The translations under genes were made by a program, and so were the position numbers. Shown here piece by piece: positions 1 to 10,045 of a stretch of 64,000 nucleotides of DNA (its first letter is position 1; each line of letters starts with the position of its first letter). Origin of the DNA: an uncultured Chloroflexia bacterium. Its GTDB lineage: Bacteria; Chloroflexota; Chloroflexia; QHBQ01; JADMIH01. The notes under the pieces are model-generated. The model did no database searches and had not been told where the DNA came from. It saw only the letters and a list, made by a program, of their open reading frames with translations. Location: the NCBI GenBank assembly GCA_963797095.1, contig CAWCNY010000004.1:544001-608000 (forward strand), written 5' to 3'.

Positions 1-1119
1 TCCAACAGCTTATGGGCATCATCGTACAGTGCTCGCACTCCCCTGGCCCATTCATGCACTTCCTCGTTAGTGGGGTTAGTGGGGTTGGTAGGGTTGGTAG
101 GGTTGGTAGGGTTGGTAGGGTTGGTAGGGTTGGTAGGGTTGGTAGGGTTGATGGGGTTGATGGGGTGCTCCTCTTTCAGCTTATGCAAATCACGGAGCAG
201 ATGTGCCCAGCACCGCTGGTGCTCTCCTGGGAAGTCGTTGTAGCCACCGTAGAAGTCACTCGACATTACTTGACCCTTTTCCCCAAAGTTAGACCCCATT
301 ATTCGTTTGGCTACCGCTCCCCCTCGGCTCTGGTCGTACTCGTACAATCGCTCTCCATCGGGCGTGAAGAAGCCCCAGATATAGCCGTTTTGTCCCCCTT
401 CTCGCCAGGTGGTTTCGTCACCATGTACCACATGGCTATGGCTCCTTCGAACCCTCTTCTTTATGGAGGCAGCAGCCTCCTTCAGAGGTTCGGCTTGCAC
501 CATTCGATGCAACAACTCCACAACCTCACCCGAAGAGATGGTCAACTTGTGTATGGTGTACAGGTACTCTTTTATGAGGAGGAGGGGGCATCCTCAACGA
601 TGTGCGCAGATGAGCTATGAGGGAGGCGATACGCACCCCCATTCTGCCTTGCCCAATCACCTGACCTGTAAGGTCGACAGTGGGGTAGTGCCACCTCCCA
701 CAACGAGCACACCACCCCTTGAATAGCTGGTGCTCGGTGACTTGCACAGGAGGGGGTGGAGGGAGTTCTATCACCTGGCGTCTGGAGGCGAGTTGGTGCT
801 GACGAAGGGTGTAGCCACAATCGGGACACTGCTGCAGGTGGTGCTCAATTGTTGAGGTGGGCGATTGTTCACGGCGGCGGGCACCATTGTGCTCTTTAGC
901 TCTGGGGCGTCTGGGAGGCTTTGGGGTGTTGTTCTTCTTGGGAGTGGAGGGCTTGACGAATGATGGGGCACCTGGCGAGCCAGAGCCAGAGGCTAGCTGT
1001 GTCTGCATCTGCTCCAACCTGGCTTCCAACTCGGCGATGCGCTCCAGAGCAAGGCGCAATTGCTCTTTGAGTTGTGCATTCTCTGCCCGCAGATGGGCTA
1101 GTTCTTCTTCCAGGTTCAT
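1..1119 (-). pseudogene. IS66 transposase, frameshifted near 585 and cut by window edge
   Basis: N-terminal coiled coil and CPDCG...WCARC zinc finger in 526..1119. The DDE core (HGDETTWR, SDFYGGY, HQRCWAHLLRD) continues in another frame after an extra base in the G5 run at about 585. This may be a real mutation or a homopolymer sequencing error. Confidence 0.85.
66..164. repeat. 9-bp tandem repeat x11 (gttggtagg-type), encoding (PIN)2(PTN)9 in the IS66 transposase
   Basis: 2x gttagtggg, 7x gttggtagg and 2x gttgatggg, in frame on the minus strand. Confidence 0.95.
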
Positions 1120-1174
1120 ACTTCATAGAATACAGTGGAAATTGCTCCACCTCAAGTCTGACCGCATACCTTGC

Positions 1175-2477
1175 TAGGGCTGTGTCAAGAAAGGTGAAAG
1201 TGTGAATCCATCGAGTAGAATCACTCCAAGCTCTGGAACAGCGAAGGAGGACCGCCTCAATGGATTCACATCAGTATACCAGCTTGCTGGAGGCATTAGC
1301 GCACGTACCTGACCCACGCAAGGCGAAAGGTAAGGAGCACGAGTGGAGGGTAGTGATGGCTGTGTTATGTGCAGCAGTGGCTGGTGGACAGCGCAGCGTG
1401 AGGGGAATTGCTCAATGGGCAAAAGAACATGAAGCCGAACTTATTCACCATCTGCAACCAACCAGGCAGCATCTACCAAGCGCAGCCACTCTCTACCGAG
1501 TAATGCGTAGCGTTGACGTAGCAAGCGTGGAAAACCATCTTGCTCACTTTTCATATTCGCAGGAGTGTGCCCGTGATAAGCACAATGCTCAAGATAATCG
1601 AAGAAGGCGGCAGCAACTCGTGGAAGGCGGCAGCAACTCGTGGGGCAATCGGTAGATGGTAAGGAATTACGCGGGGCACGAGCACATGGTCGCCCAATCT
1701 GCCTGGTGAGCCTGGTACGACACGGCACAGGTCGCGTGCTGGCGCAGCGAGCGGTAGAGCAAAAGAGCAATGAAATCAAGGCTGTGCCCTACCTGCTCCA
1801 AGGGCAAGACCTCCGAGGCACAGTCACTACGATGGATGCTCTGCTCACTCAACGAGCTATTGCCCAGCAGATAGTGAGTGGAGGGGGGCATTACTTGATG
1901 GTGGTCAAGGCCAATCAAGGGGAGTTATATCTGGCTACCGAAGAATTGTTTGCTTGCCCACCCTGGCTGGCACACGAGAAGGCAGCCAACTATCGAAGCT
2001 ACACCAAAGTGGAGAAGGGACATGGGCGACTAGAGAAGCGCACGTTGGAAAGCAGCCCGGCAATGCGAGAGTATATGCAGGAGTATCTGCATTGGCCAGC
2101 TGGGGCGCAGGTGATGAGGCGCACCTGTCAGAGAGTGACCCTTTCGAGCGGGGAGATCAGTGAGGAGGTCAAGTATGGGGTCACGAGCTTGAGGTGGGAA
2201 GAGGCTGATGTCGCCGAGTTGGAAAGGCTGTGGAGAGGACATTGGACCATCGAGAATCGGGTACACCATGTGCGTGATGTCACGATGGGCGAGGACCAAA
2301 ATCAGATGAGGGTGGGCAATGCTCCCCAGGTGCTGGCGGCGCTGCGCAATGCTATCCTTAACCTGGTACGTTCCAAAGGCTGGACTAACATCGCCGATGG
2401 CCTACGTCATTATGGAGCCTTCGTGCATCGTGCCCTAGCCCTCGTTACCTCCCTTAATCTTCCTTGACACAGCCCTA
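1175..2477 (+). mobile_element. ISAs1-family insertion sequence
   Basis: Perfect 15-bp TIR TAGGGCTGTGTCAAG (1175-1189) / CTTGACACAGCCCTA (2463-2477). Flanking 10-bp direct repeats CATACCTTGC / CATACATTGC (9/10). Confidence 0.92.
1260..2467 (+). pseudogene. ISAs1 (DDE) transposase split by a 20-bp tandem duplication
   Basis: Motifs VPDPR, VDGK, KSNEI, TMDAL, VKANQ, EKGHGRLE, RGHWTIEN. GAAGGCGGCAGCAACTCGTG is duplicated at 1603-1622 and 1623-1642, shifting the frame. Confidence 0.9.
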
Positions 2478-2496
2478 CATACATTGCATTCCAAAA

Positions 2497-2525
2497 TTGA
2501 CACCCGCACACAGGATTGGTATAAT
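2497..2525 (+). promoter_or_regulatory. sigma70-type promoter of tRNA-Gln
   Basis: TTGACA-17 bp-TATAAT with extended -10 TG, just upstream of the tRNA. Confidence 0.9.
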
Positions 2526-2543
2526 GAGTGCGCGCAATCGCGT

Positions 2544-2617
2544 TGGGGCGTCGTCTAACGGTAGGACAGCTGACTCTGGATCAGTAAGTTGAGGTTCGAA
2601 TCCTTGCGCCCCAGCCA
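2544..2617 (+). tRNA. tRNA-Gln (CTG)
   Basis: Acceptor stem TGGGGCG/CGCCCCA, anticodon loop CT-CTG-GA, T-loop TTCGAAT and encoded CCA. Confidence 0.97.
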
Positions 2618-2636
2618 TCAGAATACGCACGAAAAC

Positions 2637-2667
2637 GGCCCCTACAATATAGATCGGGGCCTTTTCT
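2637..2667 (+). terminator. probable intrinsic terminator after the tRNA
   Basis: GGCCCC...GGGGCC stem followed by TTTT. Confidence 0.55.
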
Positions 2668-2986
2668 ATGATTCCTAGAGCCAATCATGTAGCCAATGTT
2701 CTAACCCTGCTTCAACTGCATTCCTGCATTGTAATAAGATGTGAGCCTCTCGATTTTCTAATTTTACGCGCAAATTGGAGCCTTAGTGTTCTAAACTGGG
2801 GCTCTCGTCATGTCTTTGACAGCTACGCCGACAGCGGTAGTGCTGCAAGGATCAAAGACGTCTAGTGGTGAAACGTGCGCATCTGGTCCATGATGCTGTT
2901 GAGCCACTAATTGTTGCAACACTATCACCGGGCTTGTACAATATCCCATCCTCTGAGTTGGCATAAAAAAGAGTCGAAATCTTACG

Positions 2987-3847
2987 ATGACATCTGCAAG
3001 AATCGGAATAATCATTGGAGCCCTGCTAAGTACGGTATCTTATTTTGTTTACATTGCCTTACTGCATGAGCCCGGTTCAGTGTTTTATGGATTTGCAGCG
3101 CTTGTTTTCTTTGGCTGTCCGCTTATTTCAGGGATTATCGCCACATCCAAAACGCAGAAGTACAAGGTGAAGCGCTTCTTTGCTTGCAGTGGTCTTGTAT
3201 TCGGAACCACACTGCTCTTGTTTATCGTGACCTACGCGGTGCTTCCGCAATTCGACCGCGCAAATGTGCAACTGCCCGCATCGTACGACGGTTTCGATGG
3301 TGTGCTCGCCCTGCCGCCCCAACTGACCTACGCTCTGCCCGATGGGAAAGGCGGCATTTTACTCACGGAGAGCGTGGAGTCCGTGCTTGCGGTCACAATC
3401 GACGGTGATCGTCCGCCGTTTGCAAGCACAACATACCTCATCCGCAAGAGCGACAATGCAATCCTGGGACAAATGCATTTCAATAATGATGTTGTGATCG
3501 CCTCAATCGATAAGGAAACAGTGTATCTTTACAACGACAAGCTGGGATACCTCATTGATGAGCGCACCGGCAAATTTGAGGAGAACATCTTGCTCATCGA
3601 CAACTACGGCTGGCTTACCGAAACGGATAGACCCATCATCGGGCACGCCACCTCGGGCAATTGGTATCTTGAAACGACCGCTGTAGTATCAAGCTGGAGT
3701 ACCAACGGCTTGGTGAAATCCCGCCCCCACTTGAAGATGAACGGCATCGCGCGAGGCTGCTTCGTATCTGGCGCGACCGGCGAGGTTATTCCTCTCGGGC
3801 CGCGTAGTAAAAGCAATCATTTTTCACTCGCTAAGCGAAAGTCCTAA
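2987..3847 (+). CDS. hypothetical membrane protein (3 N-terminal TM helices plus soluble domain)
   Basis: 286-aa ORF with hydrophobic N-terminus; no family recognised. Confidence 0.7.
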   Translation: MTSARIGIIIGALLSTVSYFVYIALLHEPGSVFYGFAALVFFGCPLISGIIATSKTQKYKVKRFFACSGLVFGTTLLLFIVTYAVLPQFDRANVQLPASYDGFDGVLALPPQLTYALPDGKGGILLTESVESVLAVTIDGDRPPFASTTYLIRKSDNAILGQMHFNNDVVIASIDKETVYLYNDKLGYLIDERTGKFEENILLIDNYGWLTETDRPIIGHATSGNWYLETTAVVSSWSTNGLVKSRPHLKMNGIARGCFVSGATGEVIPLGPRSKSNHFSLAKRKS

Positions 3848-3889
3848 GTCGTCTTACCGGAGTAATGGCCACCAAAGGAGCACCAACAA

Positions 3890-4912
3890 ATGTCACCCTA
3901 TTCACCCAAGCGGCAAGCCCCGAAAGGCCAAAAGCCAAACAGATCGGTCACACCGCTCATACACTGGCTGCTTGATTCTGACCCTTCGATCCGCTGGCAG
4001 GTGATGCGAGACCTGATCGATGCGCCAGCGGATGAGGTCGCTGCCGAACGCGCGCGAGTCGCCACCGAGGGCTGGGGCGCTCGGCTGCTCGCCCTTCAGG
4101 GGGTCGACGGGTCGTGGGGTGGCACGGCATGGAACCACGGGTGGGACTCTACTATGCACGTCCTATCCTTGCTACGAGAAATGGGTCTCGATCCAGCAAG
4201 CGACGAGGCGCATCGTGCCGTAGGCCTGGTCCGCGACCGCGTAAGATGGATGGGATGGGACTGGGACGGCACCTGGCGCGGATGGGACTTTGTCGGTAAT
4301 CCCTTCTTCGCGGGCGAGGTCGAGCCGTGCATCAACGGGCAAGTGGGAGCGAGCGGAGCCTACTTCGGCCAGGACATCCAGCGCATCATCAACCGCCTGC
4401 TCGCCGAGCAGTTGCCCGACGGCGGCTGGAACTGCGAAGTCGAGAACGGCTCGACGCGGTCGTCGTTCAACACCACTATCTGCGTGCTGGAAGCCCTGCT
4501 CGAATACGAATCGGCGGGCGCAATTAGCGGGCGTAGGGCCGAGGTGAGGGAAGCCCACCTCCGAGGTGAGGAGTACCTCCTTGAGCGCCGCCTACTCCGC
4601 AGGCTATCGACCGGTGAGGTTATCGATCCCGCCTTTACACGCTTCTCCTTCCCGACCTGGTGGCACTACGATGTGCTGCGCGGACTTGAGTACCTGCGTC
4701 GAGCGGGCGCCGCGCCGGATGAGCGCTTGGTCGAGGCTATCGAGCTGGTCGAGTCGAAGCGCGACGACGACGGGCGGTGGCCGCTCGAGAACCGGCACCC
4801 CGGCACCATGCCGATCGAGGTGGACGAGGGGGAGGGCCAACCGAGCCGGTGGAACACGTTGCGCGCCTTACGGGTGTTGGACTGGTATTCACGGTATTCA
4901 GCACGAGAGTAG
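3890..4912 (+). CDS. prenyltransferase/squalene-cyclase-repeat (alpha/alpha barrel) protein
   Basis: WLLDSDPSIRWQVMRDL, QLPDGGWNC, WHYDVLRGL, PSRWNTLRALRVL; AAGGAG RBS. Confidence 0.8.
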   Translation: MSPYSPKRQAPKGQKPNRSVTPLIHWLLDSDPSIRWQVMRDLIDAPADEVAAERARVATEGWGARLLALQGVDGSWGGTAWNHGWDSTMHVLSLLREMGLDPASDEAHRAVGLVRDRVRWMGWDWDGTWRGWDFVGNPFFAGEVEPCINGQVGASGAYFGQDIQRIINRLLAEQLPDGGWNCEVENGSTRSSFNTTICVLEALLEYESAGAISGRRAEVREAHLRGEEYLLERRLLRRLSTGEVIDPAFTRFSFPTWWHYDVLRGLEYLRRAGAAPDERLVEAIELVESKRDDDGRWPLENRHPGTMPIEVDEGEGQPSRWNTLRALRVLDWYSRYSARE

Positions 4913-5032
4913 CCCAAATACCGCACTTGCGCCAGCGCGCCACCGCGCCCACAGTCTATTAGAGCGAGATCGCCAGATGGTTCGATCCCACAAGCATAAC
5001 GGGGGATCTAACGTGAGGGATCCTTGTAGGTT

Positions 5033-7264
5033 CTAGGCATCTTCGAGCGCATATCGGATCGCCTCTTCCAGGTTCATCACCTTGCCCAGTTCATATGATT
5101 GCCTATATGCCAACTCCCCAAGCTGTACGTGTACCTCTGAGAGCAACCGCTCGCGAACGGGCCCTCTGACCGGTATGATCTTACTGCTCAGTAGTCGCCG
5201 AGCCGCTTCCACGGCACCGAGCAGGGCCGCTGCCCGCTCTAAATGCCCCCTCGACCCTCCATCCTCGTCCTCAGCACGCGTCAGATCGATCTCAGCCAGA
5301 CCTTCCAGACAATCAGGTATCCGGTGCTTTTCTGTCTTGCGCGCCAGCATCAAGCTTTCACGGAAATATGCTTCGGCACGATCAAAATCGCCCAACCCGA
5401 TCATAGCCAACCCCAGCGCAGAATAAGACCAGGACACTCCCGCCTCGAATGGGGCGCCTCTAGCTATGGAAATGGCCTCATCGAGCAGCGGCACCGCCTC
5501 TACAAGTCGTCCCTCGTGGCACAGAACGGTGCCCAGGTCGCGTGTTGTGCCCATTGTTGCATAAGTTTGCAGCATTTCTTTCGACTCGGCCCTGGCAGTT
5601 GAGAGCAGCTTTTCAGCACGTGCGAAATCTCCGCTCTCTCCCACAATAATGCCAAGCATCCACTGAAGATTAAGTATGGCCACCTTTAAGCCCTTTTCCT
5701 GGACAAATTCCAATCCTTTCTCCACCTGGGATCGGGCCGCAGCATAGTCGCCTTGCAGCCACGCAATCATCCCTAGTTGATTCTTCTCCCGTAGAATGAA
5801 CATCTCGTGCCCCAGCTCGTTCGCTAGAGAAAGGCTTTCTTCAGCCGAAGCACGTGCGCTTGCGTAATCACTCATATGCGTACTGAATCGACTGGCGGCG
5901 TCAAGCAGTGTCGACAGATTTAGTCAGGCATCATGATCCAGCGCTGCGGGGGCCGCATTTGCTGAGGTTATGCGCAGCAGCCAATCGCGCCCTTCCGCAT
6001 ATTGCGCCCTGGTTTCCCAGTAGCGAAGTAACGCAACACCAAACTGCACGGCAAGGTCCAAACGCCCACTCTCAATTGTCCAGGTTATGGCTGCTCGCAG
6101 GTTGTCGTAATTCCGGTCAATCTGGCGATAAACCTTCTTTGCATTTTCACCAAAGACGTTAAGATCGGAGCTTGATGACAGGGCAAGGAAATACTCGGTA
6201 TGAAGCAGCCTCAACTCACGCTCCTCCTCGCTTGCCCGTAAGCGCTCCACTGCATACTCGCGAATCGTTTCCAGCATCGTGCAGCGTGCCTCTTCCTCGT
6301 CTTCGCCAACCGCCTCGCCAACCCTCTCCCACTCGATCTCGCGCTTTATCAAGTTCTTGTTGAGCAATTGCGAGATGCCATCCAGCAAATCGAGTTTGAG
6401 ATCGGAGGCTGCATTGCAGACGGCCTCGGCCGGGGGCAGAGTGAAACCTCCGAGAAAGACGCCCAGGCGGCTGAAGAGCAATTGCTCGGCGCTGTTCAGC
6501 AAATCGTAGCTCCAACTAATCGCGTCACGCAGCGTCTTGTGCCGCTCCGGCACATCGCGCGCGCCGCCCGACAACAGGTTCAGGTGGATAGATTGCCCTC
6601 CGACAGACTGTAGCCGCGCCAGCAACGCTTTCACGGGCAGTATCTTCGCGCGGACGGCTAACAGCTCGATAGCAAGCGGCAACCCGTCCAGTCGGGTGCA
6701 AATGGCTGCTACGACCGGCGCGTTCTCATCGGTGAGGGCGAAGTGTATGTCCACAGCTTGCGCACGCTGAACAAACAACGCCACCGCCGGACTGTCGGCC
6801 AGGCTTTCCACCGTGGGTAAACCGGCCATGTTTGGCGTCGAGAGAGGTCGAACATTAAACTCCTGCTCACTACGCACATGGAGGGACTCTCTGCTCGTAA
6901 CTAACAGTTTTATCTGCTGACAGGCAGCGAGCAACTCGACCAGTTGCGGAGGGGCTTCAACCACCTGCTCAAAGTTGTCAAGAATGAGCAGAAGCCGCTT
7001 GCGCGCCAGGTATTGCTTGAGAGCGGCAAGCAGCTTCTGCTCGCCCAGCACCTGCACATCAAGCGCACGCGTGATCGTGGACATAACCAATTCGGGATCG
7101 GTCACGGACGCCATTGCCACCCAGAGAATACCATCCCAAAATTGCTCCAGGCCACCTTCCCCGGAGAATTGATCCTGCGCCAGCGCACCGGCCACATGCA
7201 AGGCGAGGCTGGTCTTGCCCACTCCCGGCGGGCCTGTCAGCGTCACCAGGCGCACATGAACCAC
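5033..7264 (-). pseudogene. NB-ARC-like ATPase plus TPR regulator, 5'-truncated, with an in-frame stop
   Basis: Walker A GPPGVGKT, LLILDNFE, LDGLPLAIELL and TPR repeats. The two ORFs share a frame, separated by one TGA at 5926-5924. The N-terminal domain is missing. Confidence 0.85.
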
Positions 7265-8440
7265 GACGGTAAAGCCGATCTCTCTATAGCGAATTACTTT
7301 TCTGCCAATATCTCGGTCTTGCTCGGCAATGGCTCCGGCTCCTTTACAACCACCAACTATTACATGGGGACAGGCCCTGCCAGCTCAGTGCTGGGCGACT
7401 TCAACTCCGACGGCTATCTTGACATAGCCGTAGGATATCAGGGGGGTGTTGGGGTACTGCTCAATGATCACACGGGACATCTTGGCGCGGCCACGACTTT
7501 CCCCGCAGGAGTGGTGCCCTGTTGCATTACAACGGACGATTTCAATCTGGAAGACCATCCAGATGTTGTCGTAGGGAGCTTGACTAATGGCTCTATATCC
7601 GTGTTACTGGGCAATGGGGCGGGTAGCTTCGGTGCGCCCGCGACCTATGGCATTTCAGGTGGTGGTGTCGCAGGAATACCTGGCGATGTAAATCTGGACG
7701 GCCGCCCCGATATCCTGGTGTTGAGCGGCGGCAATAGTGCCGTGTATGTCATGCTGAATACGTGCGGCGCGCCCCTCCCAACCGCCACACCTCAAGCATC
7801 GCCTACCGCATGCGCAACAGGCTCTTTTTCGGACGTGCCGTCAGGCTCCACATATTACCCCTATGTCACCTGCCTCGCCAGCAGAGAGATCGTGGGCGGT
7901 TATTCTGATTGCACATTCCGACCTGGCAATGCCGTCACCAGGGGCCAGCTCTCCAAGATAGTGTCGCTGGCTGCCGGTTTCAACGAGAATCACACGGAGC
8001 AATCCTTCCAGGATGTGCCCGTCGGCTCTACCTTCCACCTGTATGTCGAGAGGTTGGCATCACGCAGCATCATCGGCGGCTACCCCTGCGGAGGGCCTGG
8101 AGAGCCGTGTGGGGCGGGCAATAAGCCCTACTTCAGGACAGGCAGCAACGTCACCAGGGGCCAAACCGCTAAGATTGTGGCCATTGCCAGGGGACTGCCT
8201 GCACCAAACCCAGGTCAGCAGACCTTCCAGGATGTGCCCACGTCCAGCACCTTCTGGAAGTGGATCGAGGAGCTTTCCACGGCGGGTGCCATAGGCGGCT
8301 ACCCGTGTGGCGGCTCAGGGGAGCCGTGTGGGACGGGCAACAAACCCTACTTCCGAGCAGCAAACGATGTGACCAGGGGCCAATCCTCGAAGATTGTAGC
8401 CAACGCATTCTTCCCCAGTTGCGGGTCGCTAAAGCGTTAA
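7256..8440 (+). pseudogene. FG-GAP/VCBS repeat plus S-layer-homology-like protein, 5'-truncated
   Basis: DFNSDGYLD and DVNLDGRPD repeats, a PT linker, then three FxDVP...TRGQxxK repeats. It begins mid-repeat with no signal peptide. Confidence 0.8.
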
Positions 8441-8450
8441 GAGGTGGCAT

Positions 8451-8711
8451 ATGGAGGGTGACAAAGAAAGCAAAACATCCAACATCTTTCTTGTGCGACT
8501 ATGGATGGATGACGGAGTGGGTGAGGACAACTGGCATGGCAAGGTGCAGCATATTGCCTCCGGCAAAGCAGCAAGCTTCAGCAGCCAGGCCTCAATGATA
8601 CAATTACTCGCTTCCATGTTCACACCGTCTCGTAAGGCGAATGCCCCGCGCCGTGAGGGCGCAGGCGAAACCGATCCGTTCGGCCCTGAGTCTCCCTCGG
8701 AGCCGTCATAG
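8451..8711 (+). CDS. small hypothetical protein (FLVRLW...WHGKVQH motif)
   Basis: GAGG RBS; directly follows the SLH-like gene. Confidence 0.7.
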   Translation: MEGDKESKTSNIFLVRLWMDDGVGEDNWHGKVQHIASGKAASFSSQASMIQLLASMFTPSRKANAPRREGAGETDPFGPESPSEPS

Positions 8712-8791
8712 CTAAAAGTTGTCGTGGCGGATTTCGTGGCAGTGGCACACGCCCTGGTGACGCAAACAACATATCCAACGCATCTTGCCTC

Positions 8792-8824
8792 TGCCCCTGT
8801 GCTTCAGAGCGACGCACAGGGGCA
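8792..8824. terminator. hairpin between convergent genes
   Basis: 11-bp inverted repeat TGCCCCTGTGC...GCACAGGGGCA. Confidence 0.55.
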
Positions 8825-8872
8825 CGGAGTCACTCAGGCACCCGAACGACCGCGACCGTGACGCCCGTACAT

Positions 8873-9232
8873 CTAGAACGCAATACTGGCAGCGCCGGAG
8901 GCCAAGTACTGCACGACGTATGCGGCGGTGACGATGCGGGCGCCTTCGATCAGGTCAGCCTCGGTGATGCCGCGCGGCTTGGTGCACGTGCCGCACGCCC
9001 AGATCTGGCCTCCGTTCGCCAGGAAGGATTGCATGACCTCCTTGAGAGGCTGGAAGCCTTCTTTGTGAATCTCGTCCGTGTATCCCCTGGTGGCCAGCCT
9101 CACGCCCTCGATAGTGAGCAACACCGCCGTAGGCTGGTCCGCTGATGCCGCCACGTTGCCGAATATGAACGACAGTGTCGCCCGCTCTGGATCCTCTTTG
9201 CCGTATGAACAGCTTATAAGCATATTGGCCAT
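8873..9232 (-). CDS. DsrE/DsrF-like family protein
   Basis: EDPERAT, VLLTIEGV, IWACGTC...RGI; GAGGAG RBS. Confidence 0.85.
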   Translation of the reverse strand: MANMLISCSYGKEDPERATLSFIFGNVAASADQPTAVLLTIEGVRLATRGYTDEIHKEGFQPLKEVMQSFLANGGQIWACGTCTKPRGITEADLIEGARIVTAAYVVQYLASGAASIAF

Positions 9233-9308
9233 TGCATTCTCCTCTTCCCTTTCGCTTGGGTCAGTTGTCGGTTGTGGGTGTTACCCATTGCGTCCCATGT
9301 CTTATTCG

Positions 9309-9596
9309 TCATTCCTTCCTGATAAAGAAATTCAGCGTGTCGTCGTCCTCCTCGATGGTCGCCAGCAGCTTGTTGCAGGTGAGGTCGCACCATGCCTGTA
9401 CGTCCAGAAGGGAGGTGGGGTCGTCGGTACGCACCAGCAGAATCTGCCCCGCCTCCATCTCCCGCAGCCTTGCTCTGATTGCGGGCGTAAGCACCGCGCA
9501 AGCAGCGCCGGGAGCGTCACTACTATTCAGGAGTTCGAGGATAGCCGTCGGGGCAGGTAATATGGCATCCCCTGCAGCATCGTGGTCTTTCATCAT
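9309..9596 (-). CDS. TusA/SirA-family sulfur carrier protein
   Basis: GAAC...P, GQILLVRTDDP, DVQAWC...FFIRK. Confidence 0.85.
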   Translation of the reverse strand: MMKDHDAAGDAILPAPTAILELLNSSDAPGAACAVLTPAIRARLREMEAGQILLVRTDDPTSLLDVQAWCDLTCNKLLATIEEDDDTLNFFIRKE

Positions 9597-9637
9597 GCTG
9601 GCATCACCTTCTCCCTTTGTGAACAGCGCATTCTCAT

Positions 9638-10026
9638 CGAACTATTAGAGGCGTGGAGACCCCTGCATTCATGCATGGGGAGGAAACGCCCCTTTCTCCT
9701 TTCCTGTTTAGTCCTGCAGAAAGTGGTATAATAGGCGTGGGTAAAGGCACTCTCGCTAGAGAGATTACGGTTGTTGACGGTTCGCCGTCTACCCACTTTA
9801 CAAACTGAATACATGCGTTCCAGTCAGGAAACTTTGACTGGGTAAAAGTATTCAAGTCTAACCTAACCTCCTTTGTGTCGTTAGTAACTCGCTGTTAGCT
9901 TCTCTGAGGCTAACAGGGCCAATGTAAGCTGGCCGCACTTGCGGGACCCCCTGTACGGCTTCAGTGGGAAGGCCAGATAAAGGTTCGATTGCAAAAGCCC
10001 CTTGCTTTAGCTATGGGGTAGCTTAC
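9638..10026 (+). mobile_element. non-autonomous IS200/IS605 element with omegaRNA-like body (element 1)
   Basis: TCAT followed by the left-end hairpin GGCGTGGAGACCCCTGCATTCATGCATGGGGAGGAAACGCC. Internal TGgTATAAT at 9724-9732. Right end AAAGCCCCTTGCTTTAGCTATGGGGTAGCTTAC. No tnpA or tnpB. Confidence 0.8.
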
Positions 10027-10045
10027 TAGCCTGCTCCCATTCCAG

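Larger units (their letters stand above)
1..1169 (-). mobile_element. IS66-family element (single-ORF ISBst12-like), partial; continues beyond window start
   Basis: Transposase ORF on the minus strand. The terminus reads GTATGCGGTCAG on the minus strand from 1169, resembling IS66 GTAAGCG-type ends. Confidence 0.8.

Noticed and set aside
12-620. Plus-strand 202-aa ORF with (GRV)n repeat
   Set aside because: Antisense shadow of the IS66 transposase and its 9-bp repeat.
2791-3015. Possible integrase C-terminal remnant next to the tRNA
   Set aside because: Only a vague AH..SPLD resemblance, with no catalytic motifs.
5924-5926. In-frame TGA as selenocysteine or readthrough
   Set aside because: It lies in a non-catalytic linker of an already truncated regulator and no SECIS was noticed; a nonsense mutation is simpler.
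6944-7255. N-terminal 104 aa of the listed 498-aa ORF
   Set aside because: Antisense of the ATPase pseudogene; true FG-GAP homology starts at about 7256.
9634-9855. 73-aa minus-strand ORF with GGAGG inside element 1
   Set aside because: No recognisable family, and it runs through the left-end hairpin. Treated as incidental, though not excluded.
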